Shown in pieces: positions 27,090-37,581 of a stretch of 64,000 nt of DNA. The stretch comes from Eledone cirrhosa (lineage: Eukaryota). The stretch covers positions 334,738,001-334,802,000 of the forward strand of contig OZ024741.1 of NCBI GenBank assembly GCA_964016885.1. The letters are read 5' to 3'. A model generated the notes under the pieces. The model was not told the DNA's origin and did no database searches. It saw nothing but the letters and a program-made list of their open reading frames with translations. Each line of letters opens with the position of its first letter. The first letter of the stretch is position 1. The position numbers and the translations under genes are program-made.

Positions 27090-27542
27090 TCCTCAGCCCA
27101 CACTGTAAAGCGGTTGTGATATTGAAACGGTAAAAAACTGCCAATTCATATTGTAAAGTGGGCATGTAGGTGACAAGACAAAAAGCATCCTGCTCACCCT
27201 GCAAAGTGGTTGTGTATGTGTTATAGCAAAATGCATGTAGCCCCCACTGTAAAGTAGTTGTCTAGTTGTCACAACAAAAGCCCACACTGTAAGGTGGTCA
27301 TGTAGGTGACAACAAAAAGTACCCAGTCCACACTAGAAGGTGGTCATGAAGGTGTCTTGACAAAAGGCACCCAGTACATACTGTAAATGTGGTTGGCATT
27401 TGGAAGGGCATGCAGATGTAGAAACCAAGCCAAAATCTGTTCTGTATGAGCAAAACATGGTCATCTGATCTGGCTTGTCTCACAACAAGACAACTCATGT
27501 AAACCATGCTAGCATGGAAAAATGGATGTTAAACAGTCATGA

Positions 27543-27546
<4 letters not shown>
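27090..27546 (+). mobile_element. RTE/SINE 3' region with ~6-7 degenerate 48-bp modules
   Basis: Repeated cacactgtaaagtgg...aaaa units, then ggaagggcat..gtagaaa and an (ATG)n tail. Confidence 0.75.
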
Positions 27547-27586
<40 letters not shown>

Positions 27587-28322
27587 GGAGTATCGCTATT
27601 AGCTTTCTCCGTTTATGTATTTATACATTTACTCTTGGTGCAACAGATATGAACTTTCCCGATATGAGGTATGACTCTCTTTGTTTATTTTTTATATGAA
27701 TATTGACTGTTTGTTCTTGTATCTCATTCTGTTATTTTGCCCGAGAAAATATCTATATGTGTCATTAAGCAAAGCGCCATATGGTTATTTTTTCATATCC
27801 AATTGAGTTCTAAGCACGTGGCTTGAATTTGTATCGGAATTCAACTGACCTGCGCATGTATTGTTTTTTTTGCGGTAGTCTCTTTCCTCCTATTTTCGAG
27901 ACAGTGAGAGATTTTCTTTAGAACTTCTGGACTAACAACCTAGCAGCTCCCTCAAGCACTGATGGTGATTATCGCTAAATATTGATGTTGATTTGGTTAT
28001 CAATATTAATATTATTGGGCACCCACTGAAGAATTATAAGAGCCCACTTGTATAAGTATCTGTTGATCTTATACAAGCTTCTACATAATTTGGTATAATT
28101 TCACCCAACTTGTAGAAATCTTATAATGAAACGAGTCGTCTGGGAAGTGATATATTTGATATATCTCATATGAAATGATACAGCCAATTCTCCACACAAT
28201 ACAATATAGTTAGCACCCCAAACGTTTAATTAGGAATATACTCAGATATTTCCTAATTTTGTTGAGTGAGTTGGAATTTGGCCGGAGTATCGCTATTAGC
28301 TTTCTCCGTTTATGTATTTATA
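27587..28322 (+). mobile_element. Hammerhead-bearing element, 697-bp unit with 39-bp terminal direct repeat, in (TA)n
   Basis: ggagtatcgctattagctttctccgtttatgtatttata occurs at 27587-27625 and 28284-28322. Confidence 0.8.
28022..28144 (+). ncRNA. Type I hammerhead ribozyme with branched helix II
   Basis: CCCA CUGAAGA AUUAUAAGA [two internal hairpins] UCUUAUAAU GAAACGAGUCGUC UGGG; core intact, GUC site at 28138-28140. Confidence 0.85.
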
Positions 28323-28344
28323 TATATATATATATATATATATA

Positions 28345-28419
28345 CAGTGTGTCCCCACAAAAATGTCTACACATTTTGATTAGAATGCTGTTGAAGTGGG
28401 TATACATTTTTGGGGACAC

Positions 28420-28422
<3 letters not shown>
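28345..28422. mobile_element. 78-bp Tc1/mariner-type MITE
   Basis: TA|cagtgtgtccccacaaaaatgtctac...gtatacatttttggggacacctg|TA. Confidence 0.7.
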
Positions 28423-28469
<47 letters not shown>

Positions 28470-28471
<2 letters not shown>

Positions 28472-29596
28472 TCAGGTTTGAGGTTCACCACTGTATAGAG
28501 CTGGTCTATTCCGTATGGTCAATCGTAATGCAATAATATAGAGAGTACTCAACGTAAAGCAGTTCAACCGTCTTTGTTTTTGTAGTTGGTGGTGCTATTA
28601 CGGAGTTAAATATTATAATGAAATGACAGGAGGCTGGATTTCATTTACTGAAAGAAGGGGAAATTTATTTTTCCAAGCACGCGAACGAGCTCACCTGGAG
28701 TGCTTGGAAAAAATAAATTTCCCCTTCTTTCAGTAAATGAAAATACTCGGCGTGGCTTAATTCGCCATGGGGCCCGGGGCGCGGCCGTTGTTTTAACCGC
28801 CAAATAGTACCTTTAAATTACAGAACAAATCGGAACTATTATATAATTAATTGTTAAACTGTTGAACTTTAAATTTTCTAACCTCTTTAATATTGAATAT
28901 TGATTATTAAATTTTTTTAACTTCATCCTAGAAGTCTAAACACTGTAAAACACTGACTCCCAATATATTCATCTCCGCTAAGATGCGGGTCCCTGTGAAA
29001 ATTTTCTCGCGCCACTCCTGGCTTGACTGTGGTCTGACATTAATATCGACCTTTCTTCCTCTTCCTTTCTATCTTCCTTCTTGTAGCCATCAACCCTTAC
29101 TTTTCTACTTCTCTCTTCCCTTCCTTCTCTCCTCTCCTCCTCCCGCAGACTTATCTTCCTTCCCCCTCCTGCTTGCCTATATCTGACCAGTAGTAGTTAC
29201 CTTCCTCTTTTAACTGACATTAACCCTGACTTCTCTTCTTCTTTCTTCCCCCTTCTTCTCCTTCCTTTCTTTCTTTCTTTTACCTTGTGTCATGGGATCG
29301 ACGTTAACCTATGCTCCCATCTCTTTCTGTTTTCGTTCATCTGACCGGTAGTAGCATACTATAAAATTTAGCCACGTCACTCCAGGGCGACCGGCTGAGT
29401 TTGAAGGAACAGAATAGCGGTCGCCCTCGGGTCTCGATTTTCAGCCCCATGGATTTTACCTATTACATTCACGTATTATATTTTGAATACCTGATGATAT
29501 CACCGGATTCATACGGAACCCGGTCATTGAAATGATCATAGTATAATAAACCTTTCAAGGATTTACACAAATCCAGCCTCCTGTCATTTCATTATA
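28470..29596 (+). mobile_element. Penelope-like pLTR/retrozyme element with inverted 5' part, in (TA)n
   Basis: 28614-28641 is the exact reverse complement of 29569-29596; a further ~42-bp hairpin lies at 28639-28742; pyrimidine-rich body; hammerhead near the 3' end. Confidence 0.75.
29487..29544 (+). ncRNA. Type I hammerhead ribozyme with palindromic helix III
   Basis: AUAC CUGAUGA U AU C ACCGG...CCGGU C AU U GAA AUGAUCAU A GUAU. Confidence 0.78.
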
Positions 29597-29609
29597 TATA
29601 TATATATAT

Positions 29610-29818
29610 AGAAGTGGTTACACAACAGTTAGTTCACCATACCGAGAACAATTGTTTCACCTTAGCGGATCCTCAGCTCGTAATCCTTTTTACGGATGTG
29701 CTAAAGTGAAACAATTGTTCTTGGTATGGTGAACTAACTGTTGTGTAACCACTTCTACCTAACTCGTCCCATGGACTGAGTGCTCTACCACTACGGATAT
29801 TACCTTCCAGTGTTCCAC

Positions 29819-29822
<4 letters not shown>
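29610..29822. mobile_element. Short fold-back element in (TA)n; second copy at 62725-62820
   Basis: 29610-29666 is inverted against 29700-29757. Confidence 0.8.
29643..29680 (-). ncRNA. Minimal type I hammerhead ribozyme (38 nt)
   Basis: Minus strand: CGAG CUGAGGA U CC GCUAA GG U GAA ACAAUUGU U CUCG. Confidence 0.78.
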
Positions 29823-29854
<32 letters not shown>

Positions 29855-30065
29855 CTACTGTCTTCATGATCTGTCTTTCTCTTTCATTTCTCTGTATCTC
29901 TTCATCTATATATTTACCAGTTTATCTCCATCGCTTTTACTTTACTATCTTCCAATGTCTGTTATATTTGTGTAAGTATGCACATACATATATATATGTG
30001 TTAATGTGTGCAAATATGTATGTGTGTGTGTATGTATATATATGTGTGTGTGTATATACACATGC

Positions 30066-30101
<36 letters not shown>

Positions 30102-30110
30102 ATATACACA

Positions 30111-30152
<42 letters not shown>

Positions 30153-30635
30153 CACATGCATATATGTATATAGGTTGATAAAAAAGGTACCAGTCAAGTA
30201 CTGGGTCAAATCTTCCTTTATATCTCTCTCATACTTACTCTCTATCACTTTCTGTCCTTCTCTGGTCTGGAAGAAATCTACTGTGTTCAGACCTGGTGTG
30301 GGCTCTACCAGGCTTTAAAAATGCCAAGAAATACTATATACTACTATGATGGCCCTGCAACTCTATCAGGGGCTAAGGACCATACCATATGTGTACTTGC
30401 AGTTTAAGACCCTACCAATGGTACTGCTAGTTGACCCTCATAGCATCTGATCTTCATAGCATCTGACACAAGCCCAAACCCTGTCCCGTAAAGTAAGAGA
30501 TGAGAGACAAAACATTAATTTATAGCAATTAATTTACAAGTACACACAGAATTTTTGTGATGGCAGGAAAAAAGTGTGGTGCCTCTTATAGTATGAGAGG
30601 CTCAGGGATGAAACGAAGGGGAAACAAAGAAAGGA

Positions 30636-32198
30636 ATGATATATATATATATAACCACATGTATCGTTAACCAGGTAATACTAGAGGGGGCCATACCAAA
30701 AGATTGGTGCAGTAGCATCATTGTCAACTGCTACAAAGGTAAAGGCGATGCACTAGATAGAGGAAACTATAGAGGTATAAAGTTGATGGACCAGGTCATG
30801 AAAGTAACAGAAAGAGTTATAGCACAGCTGATTAGGGACCGGGTGAATATAGACGAGATGCAATTTGGGTTTGTTCCAGGGAAAGGCACCACTGATGCGC
30901 TCTTCCTTGTGAGGCAATTACAGGAAAAGTACCTAGCTAAAAGTAAGCCACTCTACTTGGCATTTGTCGACCTTGAGAAAGCCTTTGACAGAGTTCCACG
31001 TGCAGTAATCTGGTGGGCTCTTAGAAAACTAGGAGTAGATGAATGGCTTGTGAAAGCGGTACAAGCCATGTATAGGGGAGCAGTCAGCAAAGTTAGGATT
31101 GGCAATGAGTATAGCGAGGAATTTAGCGTACAGGTTGGGGTCCACCAGGGCTCTGTTCTTAGCCCTCTCCTGTTCATCATAGTCCTGCAGGCAATAACGG
31201 AGGAGTTTAAGACCGGATGCCCATGGGAACTCCTGTATGCTGATGACCTCGCACTCATAGCTGAATCTATGGTAGAACTAGAGAATAAATTCCAAACCTG
31301 GAAGCAGGGACTAGAGAGAAAGGGCCTCAAAGTCAACATGACAAAGACTAAGGTCCTTATAAGTAGACGAGAAAACAGAACCCAGATCCCCTCAGGGAAA
31401 TGGCCTTGCTCAGTATGTAGGAAAGGTGTAGGTAGGAACTCCATTCTTTGCCCCAAATGCAAACAATGGGTACACAAGAGATGTAGCGGGATCTCAGGAA
31501 GCTTAATTAAGAATGTAGGATTCACATGCAGCAGCTGTGCTGAAACAGCAAGCAAACAGCCACAGGAAACAAGTACCACCAATCTCTGGGAGGGCCCTGT
31601 AGAAACAGTAGACAGCTTCTGCTACCTAGGTGACCGAATTAGCAACGGAGGTGGGTGCTCAGAAAGTACAATAACTAGGGTAAGAACGGGATGGAAGAAG
31701 TTTAGGGAACTACTACCACTGCTAGCTGCAAAAGGCTTCTCCCTCAGAATGAAAGGCAGACTGTATGATGCGTGTATCCGAACAGCGATGTTGCATGGTA
31801 GTGAGACCTGGGCGCTGAAGGTGGAAGACTTACGTAGATTAGAGAGAAACGAAGCCTGCATGCTCCGATGGATGTGTAACAGTAATATACGTGAACGACA
31901 AAGCATAAATGAATTGAGAGAGAGACTGAGCATAAGAGGAATCAAATGCTGCGTGCAGGAGAGGCGGTTACGCTGGTATGGACATGTGATGCGTATGAAG
32001 GATGACAGCTGCATAAAAAGGTGCAGAGCACTAGAAGTTGATGGAAACCGCGGAGTGGGGAGACCCAAGATGACTTGGGATGAGGTGATAAAAGCCGACC
32101 TTACCCAACTACACCTCTCAAAGTCAATGACACACGACCGTGACTTCTGGCGTCACGCAGTAATACAGGGTACCCGACCTCCCATGGGTACATGCTGA
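30636..32198 (+). CDS. RTE-clade non-LTR retrotransposon reverse transcriptase (5'-truncated, no endonuclease; first codons come from (TA)n)
   Basis: KGKGD..NYRGIKL, QFGF, AFVDLEKAFDRV, GVHQGSVLSPLLF, YADD (31236-31247), YLG, LHGSETW, RRLRWYGHV, GRPKMTW; no stops over ~515 aa. Confidence 0.95.
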   Translation: MIYIYITTCIVNQVILEGAIPKDWCSSIIVNCYKGKGDALDRGNYRGIKLMDQVMKVTERVIAQLIRDRVNIDEMQFGFVPGKGTTDALFLVRQLQEKYLAKSKPLYLAFVDLEKAFDRVPRAVIWWALRKLGVDEWLVKAVQAMYRGAVSKVRIGNEYSEEFSVQVGVHQGSVLSPLLFIIVLQAITEEFKTGCPWELLYADDLALIAESMVELENKFQTWKQGLERKGLKVNMTKTKVLISRRENRTQIPSGKWPCSVCRKGVGRNSILCPKCKQWVHKRCSGISGSLIKNVGFTCSSCAETASKQPQETSTTNLWEGPVETVDSFCYLGDRISNGGGCSESTITRVRTGWKKFRELLPLLAAKGFSLRMKGRLYDACIRTAMLHGSETWALKVEDLRRLERNEACMLRWMCNSNIRERQSINELRERLSIRGIKCCVQERRLRWYGHVMRMKDDSCIKRCRALEVDGNRGVGRPKMTWDEVIKADLTQLHLSKSMTHDRDFWRHAVIQGTRPPMGTC

Positions 32199-32509
32199 AG
32201 CATATAAACAATATGCCCCCCCCCCCCCCACCGCAAGGTGGTCGTGGAGGTGCCACGGCAAAAAAGCACCCAGCCCACACTGTAAAGTGGACGTGTAGGC
32301 GCCACGAAAAAGCACCCAGCACTCACTGTAAATGAGGTTGGTGTTAGGAAGGGCATCCAGCTGTAGAAATCAAGCCAGATCAGTTCCTGTATGAGCAAGG
32401 CATGGTCAGCCGACCAGACACTGCCCACAACAGGACAACCCGTCTAACCCATGCTAGCGTGGAAGAACGGACGTAAAACGGTGATGATGATGATGATGAT
32501 GATGATGAT
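30651..32509 (+). mobile_element. 5'-truncated RTE LINE inserted in (TA)n
   Basis: RT ORF, then a 3' UTR with 48-bp modules and a (GAT)n tail; (TA)n at both junctions. Confidence 0.93.
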
Positions 32510-32535
32510 ATATATATATATATATATATATATAT

Positions 32536-32712
32536 CAACTTCATTTTACGTGTGTTGTTAACGCTTGCACGGGTTGGATGGGTCCTTCTCAGTACAGCAT
32601 CTTTAATTGTTCGTTTTCTTTGTCATCTCCTCTGTGAGCTTCAGCAATGTAAGGTCAGCTCTAACCACTTCCATCACGATCTTCCTCCATGCTGTCTTCC
32701 TTGCACTGGGAT
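32536..32712 (-). mobile_element. Degenerate RTE 3' end
   Basis: Minus peptide EVVRADLTLLKLTEEMTK matches the C-terminus of the 38011-38595 ORF. Confidence 0.7.
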
Positions 32713-32785
32713 TGCGTATATTTGTTATATACATTATATATATACACACACACTTACATACATACACATATATATATATATATAT

Positions 32786-32829
<44 letters not shown>

Positions 32830-32993
32830 GCACATATATAAATACACTTCTATTGATGAATGTCTGTATGCATGTTTCTGTAACCCTCCCCCCTCTCCAT
32901 ATTCACCAATTCTATAAAAATAAATATCAATAAGTGCTTGGTTTGTTTAGGAAATATATTTAAGATATATAGATACACATATACACATACATA

Positions 32994-33061
<68 letters not shown>

Positions 33062-33530
33062 ACATACACCCACAGAGCCCAAACTATATATATATACTCA
33101 CACCAGATATATCACAACAGCTAAATTATGTACATGTTTTGCTTAGAAAATTTGAAATTTAGTTATTTTGCATGAATAATTTAATAAAATAACCATGTTA
33201 CATATATATGTGTGTGTATATGTATTTATATATATATGTGTGTATATATATGTATATATATATATATGTATAGATGTATATATATATATGTATGTATATA
33301 TGTATGTATATATATATGTAAGTATATATATGTATGTATATATATATGTAAGTATATATATGTATGTATATATATATGTAAGTATATATATGTATGTATA
33401 TATATATGTATGTATGTATATATATATATATGTATGTATGTATATATGTATATATATATATATGTATGTATGTATATATATATATGTATGTATATATATA
33501 TATATATGTATGTATATATATATATTTATG

Positions 33531-33585
<55 letters not shown>

Positions 33586-33637
33586 ATATATATGTATATT
33601 ATATATGTATTTATGTATATTATATATAAGTATATAC

Positions 33638-33673
<36 letters not shown>

Positions 33674-34269
33674 TACGCACATATAAACACACATACACAT
33701 ACACATACATACACACATATAAATACATATACACAAACATGTCTATATATTATTGCCTATAAGCAACACACTGGTTGTGTAGTTTTGTCAGCAATATCAT
33801 ATAGAATTGAATAATTTCGGGGACATTTATGGATTTCACTGCTCCTGCCTTATTTACTAGCATTTTTAACTTATTTACCAGTTTTGCAATTTTCGCTGCA
33901 TTATTGTAACTATGTGTTGTTACCTGCAAGCCAGAGGCTAATTTTTCTATTATGTTTTCTATATATCATTTTTATTTTTAATGTAATATAATCTTCCGTT
34001 ATATTTATGTACTTTTATGAAGATGTGTTTGCATTTATATGTTGTTTGAAGGTGTTTTATATTTATTGGTTCTGTTTAAATATATTTCATTTTGTGGTGG
34101 TTGAGGTGTGGTGGTAGTGGTGGTAGTGGTTGCAGTGGTTATGGTGGTGGTGTGTGTGGGGGTGTGTGGGGGGTTCCTAATGTTGTTTACTTTGCCCAAT
34201 TCCAATTTTGTATCCATTAGTATAATATATATGTATATGTATATGTATGTATATATATGTATATGTGTA

Positions 34270-34325
<56 letters not shown>

Positions 34326-34451
34326 TGTATGTATGTATATATATATATGTATATGTGTATGTATATGTGTATGTATATATGTATATGTGTATGTATATAT
34401 GTATGTATATGTGTATGTATATGTATGTATGTATATATATGTATATGTGTA

Positions 34452-34512
<61 letters not shown>

Positions 34513-34785
34513 GTATGTGTGTGTATATATATATGTGGATGTGTGTTGTGTATATATTGTATGTGTGTGTATATATATTTACACCCAGTCCACTCAGTAA
34601 GTTAGTAGTTTTGGTGCTATGATAACATTCACCCAACCCACACTGTAAAGTAGTTAACATTAGGAAGGGCATCCAGCACTAGAAACCGTAAGATATGAGT
34701 AAGACAAGGTCATGTGACCTGTTCTGTCACAGAGAAGGACAACCTATCTAACGCTTGCAAATATGGATATAAATGTTAAATGATG

Positions 34786-34824
<39 letters not shown>

Positions 34825-34835
34825 TTATTTATATG

Positions 34836-34908
<73 letters not shown>

Positions 34909-34917
34909 TTATTTATA

Positions 34918-34958
<41 letters not shown>

Positions 34959-35577
34959 TTATTTATATATATGTATATATTTATATATATATATATATGT
35001 ATATATATAATATATATATATATTATATATATATATACATATTTATTTATATATATGTATATATTTATATATATATATATATTATATATGTATATATATA
35101 ATATGTGCAAAGTGGTCGTGGAGGTACCACGGAAAAAAGCACCCAGCACTCACTGTAAATGAGGTTGGTGTTAGGAAGGGCATCCAGCTGTAGAAATCAA
35201 GCCAGAATCAGTTCCCGTCCCACCCTTGCAAGGACAGTGGACATAAAATGATGATGATGCTGATGATATATATATATATATATATTATATATGTATTTAT
35301 TTATATATATATATTATATATATATATATATAGATATTTATTTATATATATATGTATATATTTATATATATATATATAAATGTATGTATGTATGTATACG
35401 TACATATATATATATGTATACAGACGTACAGTAGTATGTACATATATACATACATGCACACATATATATATGCACGTATCGGTTTACCGAACATTTATTA
35501 TAATGCTCGGTTTGTTTGTTTGTAAACAAACAAACAGCCCGAATTACGCCACCTTTTTATTCAACACTGACACAAGA

Positions 35578-35620
35578 ACGATGTACTAGTTTCAAGCTTA
35601 TTAGCTATCGTCAACATCAT
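35578..35620 (-). ncRNA. Minimal hammerhead (C3U variant)
   Basis: Minus strand: AUGAUG UUGACGA U AGCU AAUA AGCU U GAAA CUAG UA CAUCGU. Confidence 0.65.
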
Positions 35621-35715
35621 ATCCTGCCAGATGGTTGAACGTCTGAAAGTATATACTTTCCTTATGCATATTAACGGCTGAGCAGCCTAATTTGCATATC
35701 GAGTGAGTTCATGAT

Positions 35716-35758
35716 ATGATGTTGACGATAGCTAATAAGCTTGAAACTAGTACATCAT
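35716..35758 (+). ncRNA. Minimal hammerhead (C3U variant)
   Basis: AUGAUG UUGACGA U AGCU AAUA AGCU U GAAA CUAG UA CAUCAU. Confidence 0.65.
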
Positions 35759-36071
35759 TCTTGTGTCAGTGTTGAATAAAAGGGTGACATGGTTGCCTAA
35801 ACACTATACGGCGTAATTCGGGCTGTTTGTTTACAAACAAACAAACCGAGCATTATAATAAATGTTCGGTAAACCGATACGTGCATATATATATGTGTGC
35901 ATGTATGTATATATGTACATACTACTGTACGTCTGTATACATATATATGTACGTATACATACATACATACTTACATTTATATATATATATATATATAAAT
36001 ATATACATATATATAAATAAATATCTATATATATATATATATATAATATATATATATATAAATAAAGGTAT

Positions 36072-36114
36072 ACGATGCTGACGATAGCTAATAAGCTTGA
36101 AACTAGTACATCGT
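36072..36114 (+). ncRNA. Minimal type I hammerhead ribozyme, intact core
   Basis: ACGAUG CUGACGA U AGCU AAUA AGCU U GAAA CUAG UA CAUCGU; 6-bp perfect helix I, palindromic ACUAGU helix III, GUA site ending at 36108. Confidence 0.82.
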
Positions 36115-36406
36115 TCCTGTGTCAGCATTGAACAAAAAGGTGACGTGGTTGCCTAAACACTGTACAGCATAATTCGGGCTATTTGTTTGTTTACAAACAA
36201 ACAAACCGAGCATTATAATAAATGTTCGGTAAACCGATACGTGCATATATATGTGTGCATGAATGTATATATATACATACTACTGTACGTCTGTATACAT
36301 ATATGTATGTACGTATACATACATACTTACATTTAAGTAAGCACCATACTAAGAGTGAGAAATGAAATTTCGTTTTATTCTATTCCATTTATATATATAT
36401 ATATAT

Positions 36407-36861
36407 GTGAGTGTAGAAGTTGTATTTAATTTGTTGGAAGTCCGACAAACATAAATGTTTATAACTGATTTAGAGCAATCAACAGTATACTGGAATAAAT
36501 ATTCCATGATATTAAATAAATGGAAACTATATTTATAAAACCATATTTATTTTATTTTATATATTTCAAGGGAAACCAAGATAACATTGGTGCGCTTTCA
36601 TCAGATAAAATACAAAGTTTGTTTTATAAATAGAGACGTACCCATGAAAATTAAAAATTATCGGTTGGAAATTCACTATCCACTATCCAGTGAATTTCCA
36701 ACCGATAAGGTATAATTTTCATGGGTACGTCTCTATTTATAAAACAAACTTTGTATTTTATCTGATGAAAGTGCACCAATGTTATCTTGGTTGCCCTTGA
36801 AATATATAAAATAAAATAAATATGGTTTTATAAATATAGTTTCCATTTATTTAATATCATG

Positions 36862-36867
<6 letters not shown>
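36407..36867. mobile_element. Fold-back element in (TA)n, ~180-bp arms, each with a hammerhead-like core
   Basis: 36499-36677 is inverted against 36689-36867; CTGATGA at 36762-36768 and GAAATATATA from 36799; helix I register imperfect. Confidence 0.7.
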
Positions 36868-36898
<31 letters not shown>

Positions 36899-37071
36899 CA
36901 CACTGTAAATGTGGTTGGTGTTAGGAAGGGCATCCAACTGTAGAAAACCCGCCAGACAGTCCTATGCGAGCAAGACAACCACTCTTGCCTCAAGTGGGAA
37001 AACCCCCGTCCAAACCCATGCAAGCGTGGAACACGGACGCTAAACCTGATGATGATGATGATGATGATGAT

Positions 37072-37367
37072 ATCATCATTTCATTTTTACGTCTGCTTTT
37101 TCCCTGCTTGCAAGGGTGGGATGGGAACTGATTCTGGCTTGATTTCTACAGCTGGATGCCCTTCCTAACACCAACCTCATTTACAGTGAGTGCTGGGTGC
37201 TATTTTGCCGTGGCACCTGCATGACCACTTTGCAGTGGAATGATATGGACTACAGCTGAGTAAACTGGAGCAATGTGAAATAAAGTGTCTTGCTCAAGAA
37301 AACAACACAATTGAACTCCTTTTGATTGCAAGGCCAATGCTCTAACCACTAAGCCATGTGCCTCCAT
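37072..37367 (-). mobile_element. tRNA/CORE-type SINE (family A)
   Basis: Same head and tail as 14527-14750 and 24025-24466. Confidence 0.82.
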
Positions 37368-37546
37368 AAATATATACAGCATATATGTGTAGGTATGTAT
37401 ATTCCCTCTGATAGTTTGTAAAATGTTTACATAGATCTATGATATACAAACCAACACACACATATATATCCTAGAAACGATTGTAAAATGATGAATTTTT
37501 TAATATAAGGAACTGTTTCTTTGTTTTTATTCATTGTTTTTTATTA

Positions 37547-37581
<35 letters not shown>

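Larger units (their letters stand above)
35380..36390. mobile_element. Three partial copies (one inverted, two direct) of the 424-bp retrozyme-like family
   Basis: 35380-35706 minus; 35711-~35985 plus; 36065-36390 plus; flanked by (TA)n, which also separates the two direct copies. Confidence 0.85.

Noticed and set aside
30953-32068. 209-aa and 148-aa minus-strand ORFs
   Set aside because: They are antisense shadows of the RT ORF.
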